Shown: positions 26,546 to 39,600 of the stretch, one piece after another
Layout of the letters: each line of letters starts with the position of its first letter
How positions within the stretch are numbered: position 1 is the first letter of the stretch
Assembly: GCF_021869535.1 (NCBI RefSeq)
Contig: NW_026262690.1
Location: 77,314,001-77,378,000, forward strand
Direction of reading: 5' to 3'
DNA from: Mytilus californianus
Lineage: Eukaryota
Length of the DNA: 64,000 nt
Made by a program: the position numbers and the translations under genes
The notes under the pieces: model-generated
The model's input: only the letters and a program-made list of their open reading frames with translations
The model's database searches: none
Told to the model about the DNA's origin: nothing

Positions 26546-29500
26546 TGGCGTCGTCCGGCGTCGTCCGAAGACACATTGGTTTTCGCACTCTAACTTTAGT
26601 TTAAGTGAATGGATCTCCATGAAATTTTACCATAAGGTTCAATACCACGAAAGGAAGATTGAGATTGATTTTGGGGGTTATGGTACCAACAGTTAAGGAA
26701 TTAGGGGCCAAAAAGGGGCCAAAAATAAGCATTTTTGTAACTTCCAGACAATAACTTGTGTGTAAGTGTATGGATCTCTCTGACATTGTACCACAAGGTT
26801 CCATATCACAAAGGGAAGGCTGTAATTGATTTTGGGGGTAATTGCCTCAAAATTTTAGGAATTAGGGGCCAAAAAAGGGGCAAAAAACAAGCATTTTTCT
26901 AGTTTCATGACAATAACTTGTGTGTAAGTGTTTGGATATTTCTGAAATTGTACTACAAGGTTCCATATCACAAAGGGAAAGCTGGAATTGAGTTTGGGGG
27001 TAATTGCCTGAAACGTTTAGGAATTGGGGGCCAAAAAGGGGCCAAAAATAAGCATTTTTCTAGTTTCCAGACAATAACTTGTGTTCAAGTGTATGGATCT
27101 CTCTGAAATTGTACTGCAAGGTACCATACCACAAAGGGAAGGCTGGGATTGAGTTTGGGGGTGATGAATCATAAGGGGGTTCAAAAAATTTGGGGGGGGG
27201 ATTTTTTTTTTTCTTTTTTTTTCTTTTTTTCCTTTTTTTTTTCTTTTAAAATTTTCCATTTTAAGTTGGTTATTTCTGATTAATATTTAAAAGCAAATAA
27301 TAATGATATGGTAGGAGATACACACCAAACAGGATGTGTAAATTATTATTTAATAAGTATTGTGCAATAGCAAGAAATTTTCAATTGCACAGTATTGCAC
27401 AATTGCAAGAAATCTTCAATTGCACAGTATTGCGCAATAGCAAGAAATCTTCAATTGCACAGTATTGCGCAATAGCAAGAAATATCCAATAGCACAATAT
27501 TGCGCAAAAGCAAGAAATTGTCAATTGTACAGTATTGCACAATAGCAAGAAATATTCAATTGCACAGTATTGTGCAAAAGAAGATACTTCCTATAAATTG
27601 CTTATTTCTTGATCAATTTCAATGGGGTTTTATTCTTGAATTCTTGGGGTTCTTTAATATACTGAATCTAACCGTGTATTAAGTTTTTGGATTTTGGGCC
27701 CCGTTTTTAAATTGGTCCACATTGAGGTCCAAAGGGTCCAAAATTTAACTTTGTTTGATTTCATCAAAAATTGAATTATTGGGGTTCTTTGATATGCCGA
27801 ATCTTACCGTGTATTTAGATTCTTAATTTTTGGTTCCGTTTTCAAATTGGTCTACATTAAGGTCAAAAGGGTCCAAAATTAAACTTAGTTTGATTTTAAC
27901 AAAAATTGAATTTTTAGGGTTCTTTGATATGCTGGATCTAAACATGTATTTAGATTTTTGATTATGGGCCCAGTTTTCAAGTTGGTCCAAATCGGGGTCC
28001 AAAATTAAACTTTGTTTGATTTCAACAAAAATTGAATATATGGGGTTCTTTGATATGCTGAATCGAACCATGTATTTAGATTTTTGATTTTTGGGCCCCG
28101 TTATCAACTTTGTCCACATTGAGGTCAAAAGGGTCCAAAATTAAACTTTGTTTGATTTCATCAAAAATTGAATATATGGGGTTCTTTGATATGCTGAATC
28201 TAAACATGTATTTAGATTTTAGATTTTTGGCCCAGTTTTCAAGTTGGTCCAAATTGGGGTCCAAAATTAAACTTTGTTTGATTTCAACAAAAATTGAATA
28301 TATGGGGTTCTTTGATATGCTGAATCTAACCATGTATTTAGATTTTTGAGTTTTGGGCCCCGTTATCAACTTTGTCCACATTGAGGTTTAAAGGGTCCAA
28401 AATTAAACTTTGTTTGATTTCATCAAAAATTGAATTCTTGGGGTTCTTTGATATGCTGAATCTAACCATGTATTTAGATTTTTTATTTGTGGACCCGCTA
28501 TCAAATTGGTTCATATTGAGGTCAAAAGGGTCCAAAATTAAACTTTGTTTGATTTCATCAAAAATTGAATTATTGGGGTTCTTTGATATGCCAAATCTAA
28601 CCGTGTATTTAGATTTTTAATTTTGGGTCCCATTTTTTAAATTGGTCTACATTAAGGTCCAAAGGGTCCAAAATTAAACTTAGTTTGATTTTAACAAAAA
28701 TTGAATTCTTAGGGTTCTTTGATATGCTGAATCTAAACATGTGTTTAGAATTTTGATTATGGGCCCAGTTTTCAAGTTGGTCCAAGTTGGGGTCCAAAAT
28801 TAAACTTTGTTTGATTTCAACAAAAATTGAATATATGGGGTTCTTTGATATGCTGAATCTAAACATGTATTTAGATTTTAGATTTTTGGCCCAGTTTTCA
28901 AGTTGGTCCAAATTGGGGTCCAAAATTAAACTTTGTTTGATTTCAACAAAAATTGAATATATGGGGTTCTTTGATATGCTGAATCTTACCATGTATTTAG
29001 ATTTTTTATTTGTGGGCCCGCTATCAAATTGGTTCATATTGTGGTCAAAAGGGTCCAAAATTAAACTTTGTTTGATTTCATCAAAAATTTAATTATTGGG
29101 GTTCTTTGATATGCCAAATCTAACCGTGTATTTAGATTTTTAATTTTGGGTCCTGTTTTTTAAATTGGTCTACATTAAGGTCCAAAGGGTCCAAAATTAA
29201 ACTTAGTTTGATTTTAACAAAAATTGAATTTTTGGGGTTCTTTGATATGCTGAATCTAAACATGTGTTTAGATTTTTGATTATGGGACCAGTTTTCAAGT
29301 TGGTCCAAGTTGGGGTCCAAAATTAAACTTTGTTTGATTTCAACAAAAATTGAATATATAGGGTTCTTTGATATGCTGAATCTAAACATGTATTTAGATT
29401 TTTGGCCCAGTTTTCAAGTTGGTCCAAATTAGGGTCCAAAATTAAACTTTGTTTGATTTCAACAAAAATTGAATATAAGGGGTTCTTTGATATGCTGAAT

Positions 29501-30121
29501 CTTACCATGTATTTAGATTTTTTATTTTGTAGGCCCGCTATCAAATTGGTTCATATTGTGGTCAAAAGGGTCCAAAATTAAACTTTGTTTGATTTCATCA
29601 AAAATTGAATTATTGGGGTTCTTTGATATGCCAAATCTAACCGTGTTTTTAGATTTTTAATTTTGGGTCCCATTTTTTAAATTGGTCTACATTAAGGTCC
29701 AAAGGGTCCAAAATTAAACTTAGTTTGATTTTAACAAAAATTGAATTCTTGAGGTACTTTGATATGCTGAATCTAAACATGTGTTTAGATTTTTGATTAT
29801 GGGACCAGTTTTCAAGTTTGTCCAAGTTGGGGTCCAAAATTAAACTTTGTTTGATTTCAACAAAAATTGAATATATGGGGTTCTTTGATATGCTGAATCT
29901 AACTATGTATTTTGATTTTGGACATTGGACCATAATAGGTAAATTAAAAAAATTGAAGTTCTTAGACCACATTCTTTCTGTGTCAGAAACCTATGCTGTG
30001 TCAAATATTTAATCACAATCCAAATTCAGAACTGTATCAAGCTTGAATGTTGTGTCCATACTTGCCCCAACTGTTCAGGGTTCGACCTCTGCGGTCGTAT
30101 CAAGCTGCGCCCAGCGAAGCA
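26458..30121 (+). mobile_element. 3.7-kb HINE carrying three successive tandem arrays
   Basis: 5' subTIR TTTTTATACGACCGCA, (GTC)n microsatellite at 26515-26545, ~130-bp units at 26600-27170, ~31-bp units at 27355-27580, ~130-bp satellite at 27620-29910, 3' subTIR TGCGGTCGTAT (30090-30100) and a terminal hairpin. Confidence 0.8.
27620..29910. repeat. Satellite-like array of about 17 units of ~130 bp
   Basis: GGGTCCAAAATTAAACTTTGTTTGATTTC..CAAAAATTGAAT...GGGTTCTTTGATATGCTGAATCT recurs every 125-137 bp. Confidence 0.92.
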
Positions 30122-30174
30122 TTTTATTGTATGATATCATTAGTTGAAGTGTCTCAAATTATCAGGTCTTAGTG

Positions 30175-30441
30175 TCATGGATTCCAAAAAAAGTGAATCT
30201 GTCTATTATATCCTTCAGCATTCATTCCAATAGGCTTTGGTGAAAGTTTCATTTTAATAAATTTGTTACAAGCCACTAGTGTGGATATACATTGGAATCT
30301 ATGCAGAAATTCATCTTCTGATGAACTAATCAATTGAAACCAAAGGAAAAACAAAATTTCCATTTGAAATACTGTCCATGCACTGTGTGTCCATGTGGTA
30401 GTACAGGTACTTTTGTGTTTATTGGCCAACCAATTTTCCTG
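30175..30441 (-). pseudogene. Degenerate Mab-21/cGAS-like (cGLR) fragment, tentative
   Basis: One frame reads RKIGWP..VPVLPHGH...KWKFCFSF, and the adjacent frame continues ...C..LVACNKFIK...GYNRQIHFFW. The W-to-FFW spacing (about 57 aa) resembles the Mab-21 stretch from WRISFS to SY..KT..FW. Stops and a frameshift are present. Confidence 0.3.
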
Positions 30442-31820
30442 AGAGTAGAGACTCAGTTTGAAAAAAATAAACGAAGAAAAATATTCTTTGGAACTACAAC
30501 AATTGAAAATTGATATGCCAGGAAAACCCCTTTTGAGGCAGTGGGTGTTAATAAATGTATCTATCAATGCTTGCCTGCATCAACTTTTTGCAATGTTCTT
30601 AAGACCTCTACTAATTTGCCTTTATCAAAAATGCCCAGCTACATGAAAGATTAATGTATGATTATCTCCCTTACATGATTGACTAGGATTGTCAGTTTTC
30701 CTACTGAAGGTTGGTCGTTCTCTCCGGGCACTTTGGATTCCTCCACCAATAAAAACTGACTGCCACGAAATAGTACAATAATGCTGAAAGTGGCATTAAA
30801 CACCAATCAATCAATTAATCTTAAAGTTTTGATAATATTTTATAGAAAAAACAGAGAGAAGATACCTAGGGTCATTCACAAATCATACGTCCAATGAAAA
30901 CAGACAAAACCATGGTCAAAAACAAAAACGATATAAGGACAAACAACAATATAAACTTAAACATTGCACAGAAAGCTAAAAACAGAGCAGCACTAACACC
31001 ACCAAGGGGTGAACTCAGGTACTCCTGAAGGGTAAGCAGTTCCTGCTCCACATGTGTTACTCAATGTGTTGCTATAGACTTCAAATTGAATATTTTTTCA
31101 ATACGAAAATCGAAATTCAAGTTTTTTATAACTAGACAATTAAATTTTCTGTCCCATTTTTGTTTCCACACTCTAACTTTAGTTTTCCTCATCCAAATTT
31201 TACGAAACTAATACACAATGCTAAAAGCCTAAACTCCCAGATAAAGTTTGAACTTGGGCAGTGAGTCACTTACTGTTCTAGAGTTATGCCCTTTATAACT
31301 TGGAAATTTGCCATTTTTTGTCGAGCCTGCGACTTTTGTCGCAGAAAGCTCTTTATAGGGATAGTGATCCGGCTATTCTAAGTTTGTTTCTTAGATACTA
31401 TAAGCAATATGTCTACTATATTTTGTGTATGAAATAATTGTAAGGTTTACATGTATTTCCGGTTTGGTTTATCTGACCATGACCTCATTAACTTGGATCA
31501 TGTTAAGTTTATGTGATACTTGTAGTAAAGCTTTATATTTAGGACTATCAACATAAAATCAATAATCAGTAAAGCAGGCAAGACATTTTAGCCTGTGCTC
31601 TCTTGTCTTATTTCCACACCCTTTTTTTAACTTTTCAAATTTTATGAAACTTATACATAATGCTAAAAACCACAACATGCAGACAGAGTTCAAATTTTGG
31701 CAGTAAGTCTTTGAGTCATTAATCGTTCTAGAGTTATACCCCTTTTAAACTTGAAAATTGCAAAGCATGAGCGGGTGTATTCTTGTCCTAAGACACATTC
31801 TTCTTTTATTTTCAATTTAG

Positions 31821-32103
31821 TTTCTTCTCTCTCTCAAAAACTCTGGATTGGGAAACAGTACTGAATGAAGATTGCATCCAAGGTGAGATTTTCCTCGGGG
31901 TACTTTAAAACAAAAAGACTCATTTCGAAATAATTATTTATTTTCTTTAACTTGTCTTGCAATCAGACATCAAAATTCCCAGATATTATGTCAGTCCAAC
32001 AGTCTCTAAGAATAGCTGGTTTGAAAAGCCATTATTTGACCCACATTACAATTATTGGAAGTTTTGTGATAAAATCTGTAAGACATTTGATAAGACGCCT
32101 TAA
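31821..32103 (+). CDS. Two spliced exons of an unidentified small gene
   Basis: Exon 31821-31882 (TTTAG| ...KTLDWETVLNEDCIQ G|GTGAG) joins exon 31967-32103 in phase across an 84-nt intron, giving QDIKIPRYYVSPTVSKNSWFEKPLFDPHYNYWKFCDKICKTFDKTP*. Confidence 0.45.
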
Positions 32104-33639
32104 ACAGTATGGAAAACCAAAATTTGCCTGACACTTCATACAATCAACAGATTTTGAGACCTTTGTTTAAGAGATATACAAATGTATATAGTTTAAGAAA
32201 AAAAAACAAAATACATTAACATGCTTTTAAAACTATGATAATTTGAATACAAAATGACATCATAGTCATTTTTTATCAACAGTTCATTTTAATATTTCTC
32301 AAATAATCTTTTTTTTGCCAGTACAACAAAAGGTCAATACTAAGTTTTTGAAACCATACTTCAATATTCATTTGTAACACCATCAGTAAGAAAGTATACG
32401 GAAGTCTCTTCTCACAAGTCAATCAGAACTTTAGACCACAATTGAATTAAAAAGATTTAAAAAATAATCCATCTTAAATGAAAGAACCTTTGTGAGCACG
32501 CTCATATACTCCAAGCCCCCACATTGTCATTTGGCAAACAAAATCTCACAAGATTCCTAAGTTCAAAGGCACTTAACTCCTGTCGATATGCACATCTTCA
32601 TATTATGTCCTTATTATCTACAAAGTTCCATGAAATTTTGTTGCATGGTATAGAGGAGTTGGGATGACAAGAACAGGACTTACAAACTGCTGGACATCTA
32701 TAGGCCGTAAGGTGACCTAAAGTTGTTAACTTCTATGTCATTTGGTTTCTGGGGGAGAATTGTCTCATTGGCAATCATACCAAATCTTGTTATTTTTATA
32801 TGTACAATCATTATATGCATCAAATATAGTTGACCTTAGTGTTTATAGTATCTAAGAAAAAAAACTTAACCAGGAAAACTTCAGATTGGCCAATCAACCA
32901 TGAAAATGAGGTCAAGGTCAGATGAACCTTGACAAACAGACATGTACACCTTACAATCATTCCATACACCAAACATAGTTGACCTTTTACTTATACTATC
33001 TTAGAAGAGGACATAACTACCATGAAAATAGTTTCAAGGACAGATGATTACTGCCAGACAGACATGTTCATTTTACAATTATTTCATTCACCAAATATAG
33101 TTGACCTATTGCTAACAGTATTAGAAAAACAGACCAAACCACAAAACATAACATTTACCAATGCACAGTGAAATGCGGTCTAGGTCAAATGAAACCTGCC
33201 AGACTGACATACACCTTACAATTATTCCATACATATATAGTTAACCTACTGATTAAAATATCTGAGAAATGCACCCAATGATGTAAACCTTGCATGTAAT
33301 CCATATACCAAATATAGTTATCCTGTTAATCATAATAAGTGAGAAATTCACATGACAAAAAAAACTAAACTTTTTTTGTAAGCAGTCGCTGAACAATGTA
33401 AATGAGGTCAAGTATAATGGACAGATAACACACAGAAATTTTGTAACATAAGGCATCTGTATAAAAGATATGAAGCCTCTAGGTCTTCTACTCTCTAAAA
33501 TATAAAGCTTATTACAAAAAGTTTATGCCGCTGTTCTTCATTACAATCCCTATGTCTCCCATTATGCAACTTTAGTCACAGGCCAGACAAAAATTCAAAC
33601 AGACTAATTAAATAAAAATTATTTATTTATCTATCCACA

Positions 33640-36600
33640 TTAAAAAATTCCAATAGCTTTATTGACTGCTTTTTGTTGTTCTATTTCTGACATTTTCTCA
33701 TAATGGGAGAACTCCATTGTAAAGTTTGCCATTCCATGGGTATTGCTTCTTAAAACAGTAGAAAAACCCAATGTTTCTGACAGAGGTGTGATAGCATGTA
33801 CCAATTTGATATCTTCTTCACTATCAACATTCTCCATATGGCTTCTTCTTTTTCCTAAATCAGCCATCACTGCATGTAAATTGTCCTCATCTACAGTTAC
33901 CTGAAAAGAGAAAGGTCAAGAAGTTATTTTCCGAAATGTCTTAAAATATATTCATACGGTACTATAATTGCCATTATTGTTACTAATAGATATTTGAATA
34001 GTAAAATGTTTTGTATTTGCTATGCTATAAGCCTACAGGATCAAACATGCAGATGAAATTCATTGGTTTACTTTGATATAAAATAGCATTTTTTGCACTT
34101 TTAAAACATGCCATATTTCTGATTACAGTAACAATATAATTTATTGCAATAGTATAAAATTCATATAAATTATTGCATAATTGAGGGTCTGGGAAGAATA
34201 TACAAAATAGTGGGCTGAAAAATAAAGAATAGAGAATAATGTGGTGCTTAAATATAAAGACTAAAAAGTCATGGGCAATATAAAATATCTGGTTCCTATC
34301 TAGAGACTTAGAATTTGTTCCCTAGTCAAAGATGGCTAGACATTCTTCTCATTTTAATTTTAATTTGCTTAGTAAGCTGATTTTACTCATTTTTTTTAAA
34401 ATCCAAAAGACAAAATGGTAACAATTTCATACCTCCATTTTCATCATAGGTTCTAATAAAACAGCTTTGGCTTCCTTCAGTGCCTTGTGTACACACTGTG
34501 AAGCACAAGCTGTGATCATGGCTTCAGTGGTAGACCTTCCTATCTCAGCTTTATATAATTCCACTTCAACATCTATCACAGGAAAGTTTAAAATAGGACC
34601 TGAAATAAAATGTAAAAGAATTATTGACACTGATTTCCTCATCCTGCATGTTGACGAAAAAATAAAATAAAAACAAAGATAGTATTTTTTCATTGATTTG
34701 GTAAAAATAAAGTTTGAATACATAAATTGAAAAATCAAAGAACCAAAACTTTTTCCATAAATCACATTTCTTATGATAACAAATTACAAGTACCAAAATT
34801 ACAAACATTTGACGTGCCATATCACATATCAAAAAGTTTTTCTCATTAATTCTAATGATGCTCATTTCTAAATGTTTAAAATTCCATATATCAATCAGTG
34901 AAAAGCAATACACACACAAAAAAACACCCAAAAGAAGCCAAGGAACTCTTTTCATGGATAGAATACCTTAGAATTAAACAAATACAAAAAATTACTTTTA
35001 GTATAAAAATATGAATAAAGCATATTTGGTATTGAATGTGACAGACATCCAACAACACAAAGTTGAACAAAAAAATAAGTTGAGTGTACAATGAGGGTTA
35101 AAAGCTTACAAAATATGTATACAGACGGCTCTAAAAGAGATTAAAGTTTAGAAGCAGTGAAGTAAAATATACAACTGACAATCTAATATTTTTCATTTTT
35201 CAGAAAACTGCATTCAAATTGTAAAAAAAAAAAACATAACTTTAAAATTTATTTTAGCATGTTTATCATAATCAATCTGCTATACCAGAACTGAATGCAG
35301 ATTTGATTCCTATTTCAATTGCCTTCAATTGGTTTCTATGTAATTTTTCTAGAGAATTTTCACGAGACTGAACAAGCTTAACATGTTTGAATTCTTTCTC
35401 CTGTAGACTAAAATGAATTGACATTCCAAGGACCACATGCTGTTGAACATTATTGATCATTGTATCCATTGTTTCTTCCCAAGATGATTCTCCTTCACAA
35501 GTTTCTCTGTAAGCTACTTGTAAAGGACCCATATAAACATCCAACTTGTACTCTGTTAAAAGTCTCTGTCTTATAATGTCTAGGTGTAGTTCCCCCATGC
35601 CTCCTAATATAGTCTGGCCTGTTTCTTCGTCTACTTGTACCTGAAAAATACATTTTTGGTTAACTGAATGGTTTTAAAAAGGATATAACAAAATATTGAA
35701 TATGAAGATTTTTGGTTACCAATTGGCAATTTATTGGTTGCAAATTAATGCAATGTTTTGGTGATGCATGTGTCTGTGGAGTAAGTGAAAGGAAAATTTC
35801 TGTGGCTTTTAGTGGCAATGTAAATAAACTGTTGACACAGATCGATGAGGTATGATCGTCAATGAGACAATTATTTCGTAAACACCAAAGGACAAGGATA
35901 TGAACAATGTTTCATCAAGAGCCAGATTCTCAACAGATGCTCCAGCTTATAATGCAAAAGATTCAATATCATTTCTGAAACCAGAAGACAACTATTATAT
36001 TACAATGCAAACTCTGTCTTCTCCATTTACGAAGTTAGTCGGATAAATTAAGGAATTATCCATTGCAACTGTTGATCAAATTACAAAAAATGCAAGATTA
36101 ATTGATATAATTTCAGCAAATATGGCATACAAATATTGTGATCATAGTTTTTAACTAATACTTATCCCGTCACAGTATCCCCAATAATAAAAACAAAAAA
36201 AGCTACAAAGATACTTTACCGTGAGACTAGGATCCTCCCTCTTAAGACATTCCAATGCTAAATCTAACTTTCTCTGTACCGAAGGAGATTCAGATTCTAC
36301 AGAACACAGAAAAACCGGAGGATGTATATTTATACCACCAAGGACTGGAAATTCATCAGGGTCATGTTCTGTCAATCCTTGTTGTTTACGGAGATGATGT
36401 AGGTTCTTAGCTGCCATCTCTGCAGTTGCTTTGCTTGCTGTAAGAGTGTCACCAGTCTGGGTCTAAAAAAATACCTTTGTTATAAAAACATGACAAAACC
36501 TTGCAATGACTTTTAATTTATTCATTTTTGAACATTAGGGTATACGGGAAGAATGCAATTTTGTACAACGTCTGGCCTTCCCCAAATATGTGGCAGATAA

Positions 36601-39600
36601 GTCAATATTTATGTGAATAAAAAGTCATAGGGTAACTAGACTATTTAACATTTTTCACTTCTTCTACAAATTCTAAATATTCTTACTGGATAAAGGTAGT
36701 TAATTAGTGGATTTTTTTTATAGGATTTGGTACCTATATTTACATATCTATTTTTAGAACTAGATAATACCGGTATACCTTTTTGAGTCCTGCTATACAA
36801 ATGATATTTCCTGCACTGGCAGTGTTGACATCATGATATTCATTAGAGTATACTTGAATCAGTCTTGATGGTTTCTCTTTACAATTCTTATTCACATTAT
36901 AGATCTCCCCCAAGTTCATCACACCGGAATATAATCTTAGAAATGTTAGTGGTCCTCTGTGTTTATCATGTATAATTTTAAAAGCATATGCACATAAGTC
37001 TGTCTCATAGAACTGAACCAAATCCATTGTTTTTTCTAAAGGACTGGGCAAATAATGGTTAACAGCATCTATCAATGGCTGAACTCCCGCATTCTTTAGT
37101 GATGAGCCACACAGTACTGGAACAATATGTCTGCCGATGGTAGCATTTCTCAAAGCTACATCGATGTCCTCGGCAGTAATGGCACTGTCAGTTATGACAC
37201 GATCTGCTATGTTCTCACAGTAATCTGATAGATTTCCAATTAAACTGTTTCTACACTTTGTTGCTACTTCCCAAAGTTCAGGATCAGTTTTAGAATCCAA
37301 ATCTTTTATGCTGAATATTTGACCTTCAGAACTTTTTTCAAAGTCATATGTTATTTTTTGCATATTTACAATATCAATAATGTCTTTAACTCTGTTACCA
37401 TCAAGTATAGGAAAGTTGACAAGTAAAGGTTTAATTTTCAATTTATCTTGAATTGATTTTAAACATTTCTCAACATCAGCTCTTGGTTTGTCCATTTTAT
37501 TCAAGAACACAATACTAGGGACTTTGTACCTGTTAGCTTGACTCCATACTGTTAAAGTTTGAGCTTCAACTCCTGTAAATAAAACAAGAAAGAATTAACT
37601 TTATTTGATATTATTTTGTCCTTCATACTTTTCAATTATAGGATCTAAATCTCATATGACATTTTATCCCCATATATATGGTAAAATTGAGAATGGAAAT
37701 GGGGAATGTGTCAAAGAGACAACAACCCAACCAAAGAGCAGAAAACAGCTGTAGTGCATTTGAATGTTTTTAAATGAATGCTTTCTGGTTTAAATCAAGA
37801 AAAGACTTTGAATGCCCTGTGACCTTGACTTTTAACATTTGTGCAGTAGGGAAGTACAATTGAAAGTTACTAGGTTCTAGCACAAACCAAGGAAAATAGG
37901 GAATTCTTTCAAAACTTTCAGAAAATGAATTATTAGATGTGATGTCATATAATTTTTGAAGTCAAAACTGACACATAATAGATTTCAATATGGACTCAAG
38001 TATCTTGGACCTTTGGAAATAACACAATTAAGGGCCTTTAACTCACAATCCCAATAAGTTGCTTAGCAGAGGAAACTGATCAAGTATATTAAGTATATAA
38101 TAAGATTTTTGGGGTTTTTATTTGTACTCCATATGTACTTTCATAATATTTATCTTACCAGCAGAAGCATCAATTATTGTTACAGCTCCATCCAACACTC
38201 TCAGGCTTCTTTCCACTTCTACAGTAAAATCTACATGCCCTGAAATTATACACATCTGGGTTTTTTTCAGTTTGTCTAAAGTTTCCTTTTAATTGTCCAT
38301 GTGTATGACTGAAAGGAGAAATAATGAAAAGGTCACTGTTTAATGGACCAAAAAATCATTTGAGTAGTGTTTCAGAACTATTGACAATTCTTCTATTTAA
38401 CAGGTAAAATAATCAAGCAAAATAAGATACTATTACCATCTACTATTCTTGAAATTTGGGTAGACTTGATAAACACACTTTTGAAATTGCAAGAGAACTA
38501 CTTAGATGGGGGCTGAGGGAAACTAAAATAAATAATATCCATCTTTTCTTAATTTAATTAAAACACTGATCGATATGAACACCTCTTTAAATAAGAACAT
38601 TTCAATAGATTTTTATCTCTTGATAATTAATTGAGTCATATAAATCTTTTTTTTTCTTCAATGTTATAAATTGATATCCATTAATGCTGACCACTATACA
38701 AGTTTTACAATCATGTTGAATGTTTGTCTGTAATATCCAGGTTATCAGAGGTAAGAATATCTATTAACATCAGCATCTGCTTAGATCTAATGTAACAAAG
38801 AGGAATCTGAACTTATGCTTTGATATAATCCAACCTAGCAAATTGCCTTTTTTGTCTTTTTTTTAACATATTAGTAGATAATGTTGAAACATAGTGGAAC
38901 ATTATATTGGATGTGGCCCCTGAACATAAACAGGTGAGCTATGGCTGCATTACCAAGCAGTAGTGGACACAATTTTTGGCTCAATTGTGAACACAACAGG
39001 ACTCATGTAACATTACAAGGACAACAAAGATATCAAAAAAATGTGTTTGATTCTTCATATGCTGCCACCTCTTTGGTGGATTTCCATCAATTACTGTACA
39101 TCAAATACTTAAAAAAAAAAGTTTAAAAGTTTTCCTCAAATTAAATGCAATCGGTACATGTCACAAAATACATTCTTGGTTGGAATCATACTATGACATG
39201 TATGAGATCTTTTGAATATGCATTTAAATATAACCAGACCTGGTGTATCTATGAGGTTTATTTTGTGCTTTTTCCAATGAAGTGTAATTGCTGCTGATGA
39301 TATTGTCATTCCACGATTTCTTTCCTGCTCCATGTAGTCCATCACAGTATCTCCATCATCAACATTACCTACAAAAAGTAGATCAATATTATTTCATAAT
39401 AAACTTTCCTTTATGATTTTTTAAACTGACCACTTTTGTACAGAACTAGCCCTTAAATTCTTTTGTCATATCTTAGCTGAAAATGCCAATACTTTAAATA
39501 TATAGTACTATATTTTGCATGCAATATTCAAACACATACCTGTCCTAAACTCTTACTTGAAGCTATGCTTATAAACTTTTATTTGACATTTATCATCTCA

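Noticed and set aside
26382-26696. Poly-Arg / poly-Ser ORFs
   Set aside because: These are translations of the (GTC)n microsatellite at the HINE 5' end.
27620-29910. CRISPR-like regular repeat array
   Set aside because: Units are contiguous near-identical monomers without unique spacers, the context is eukaryotic, and no cas genes are present.
27823-30012. Many 65-149 aa ORFs with repeating KSKYMVRFSISKNP peptides
   Set aside because: They are by-products of the ~130-bp satellite, occur on both strands, and have no splice or start context.
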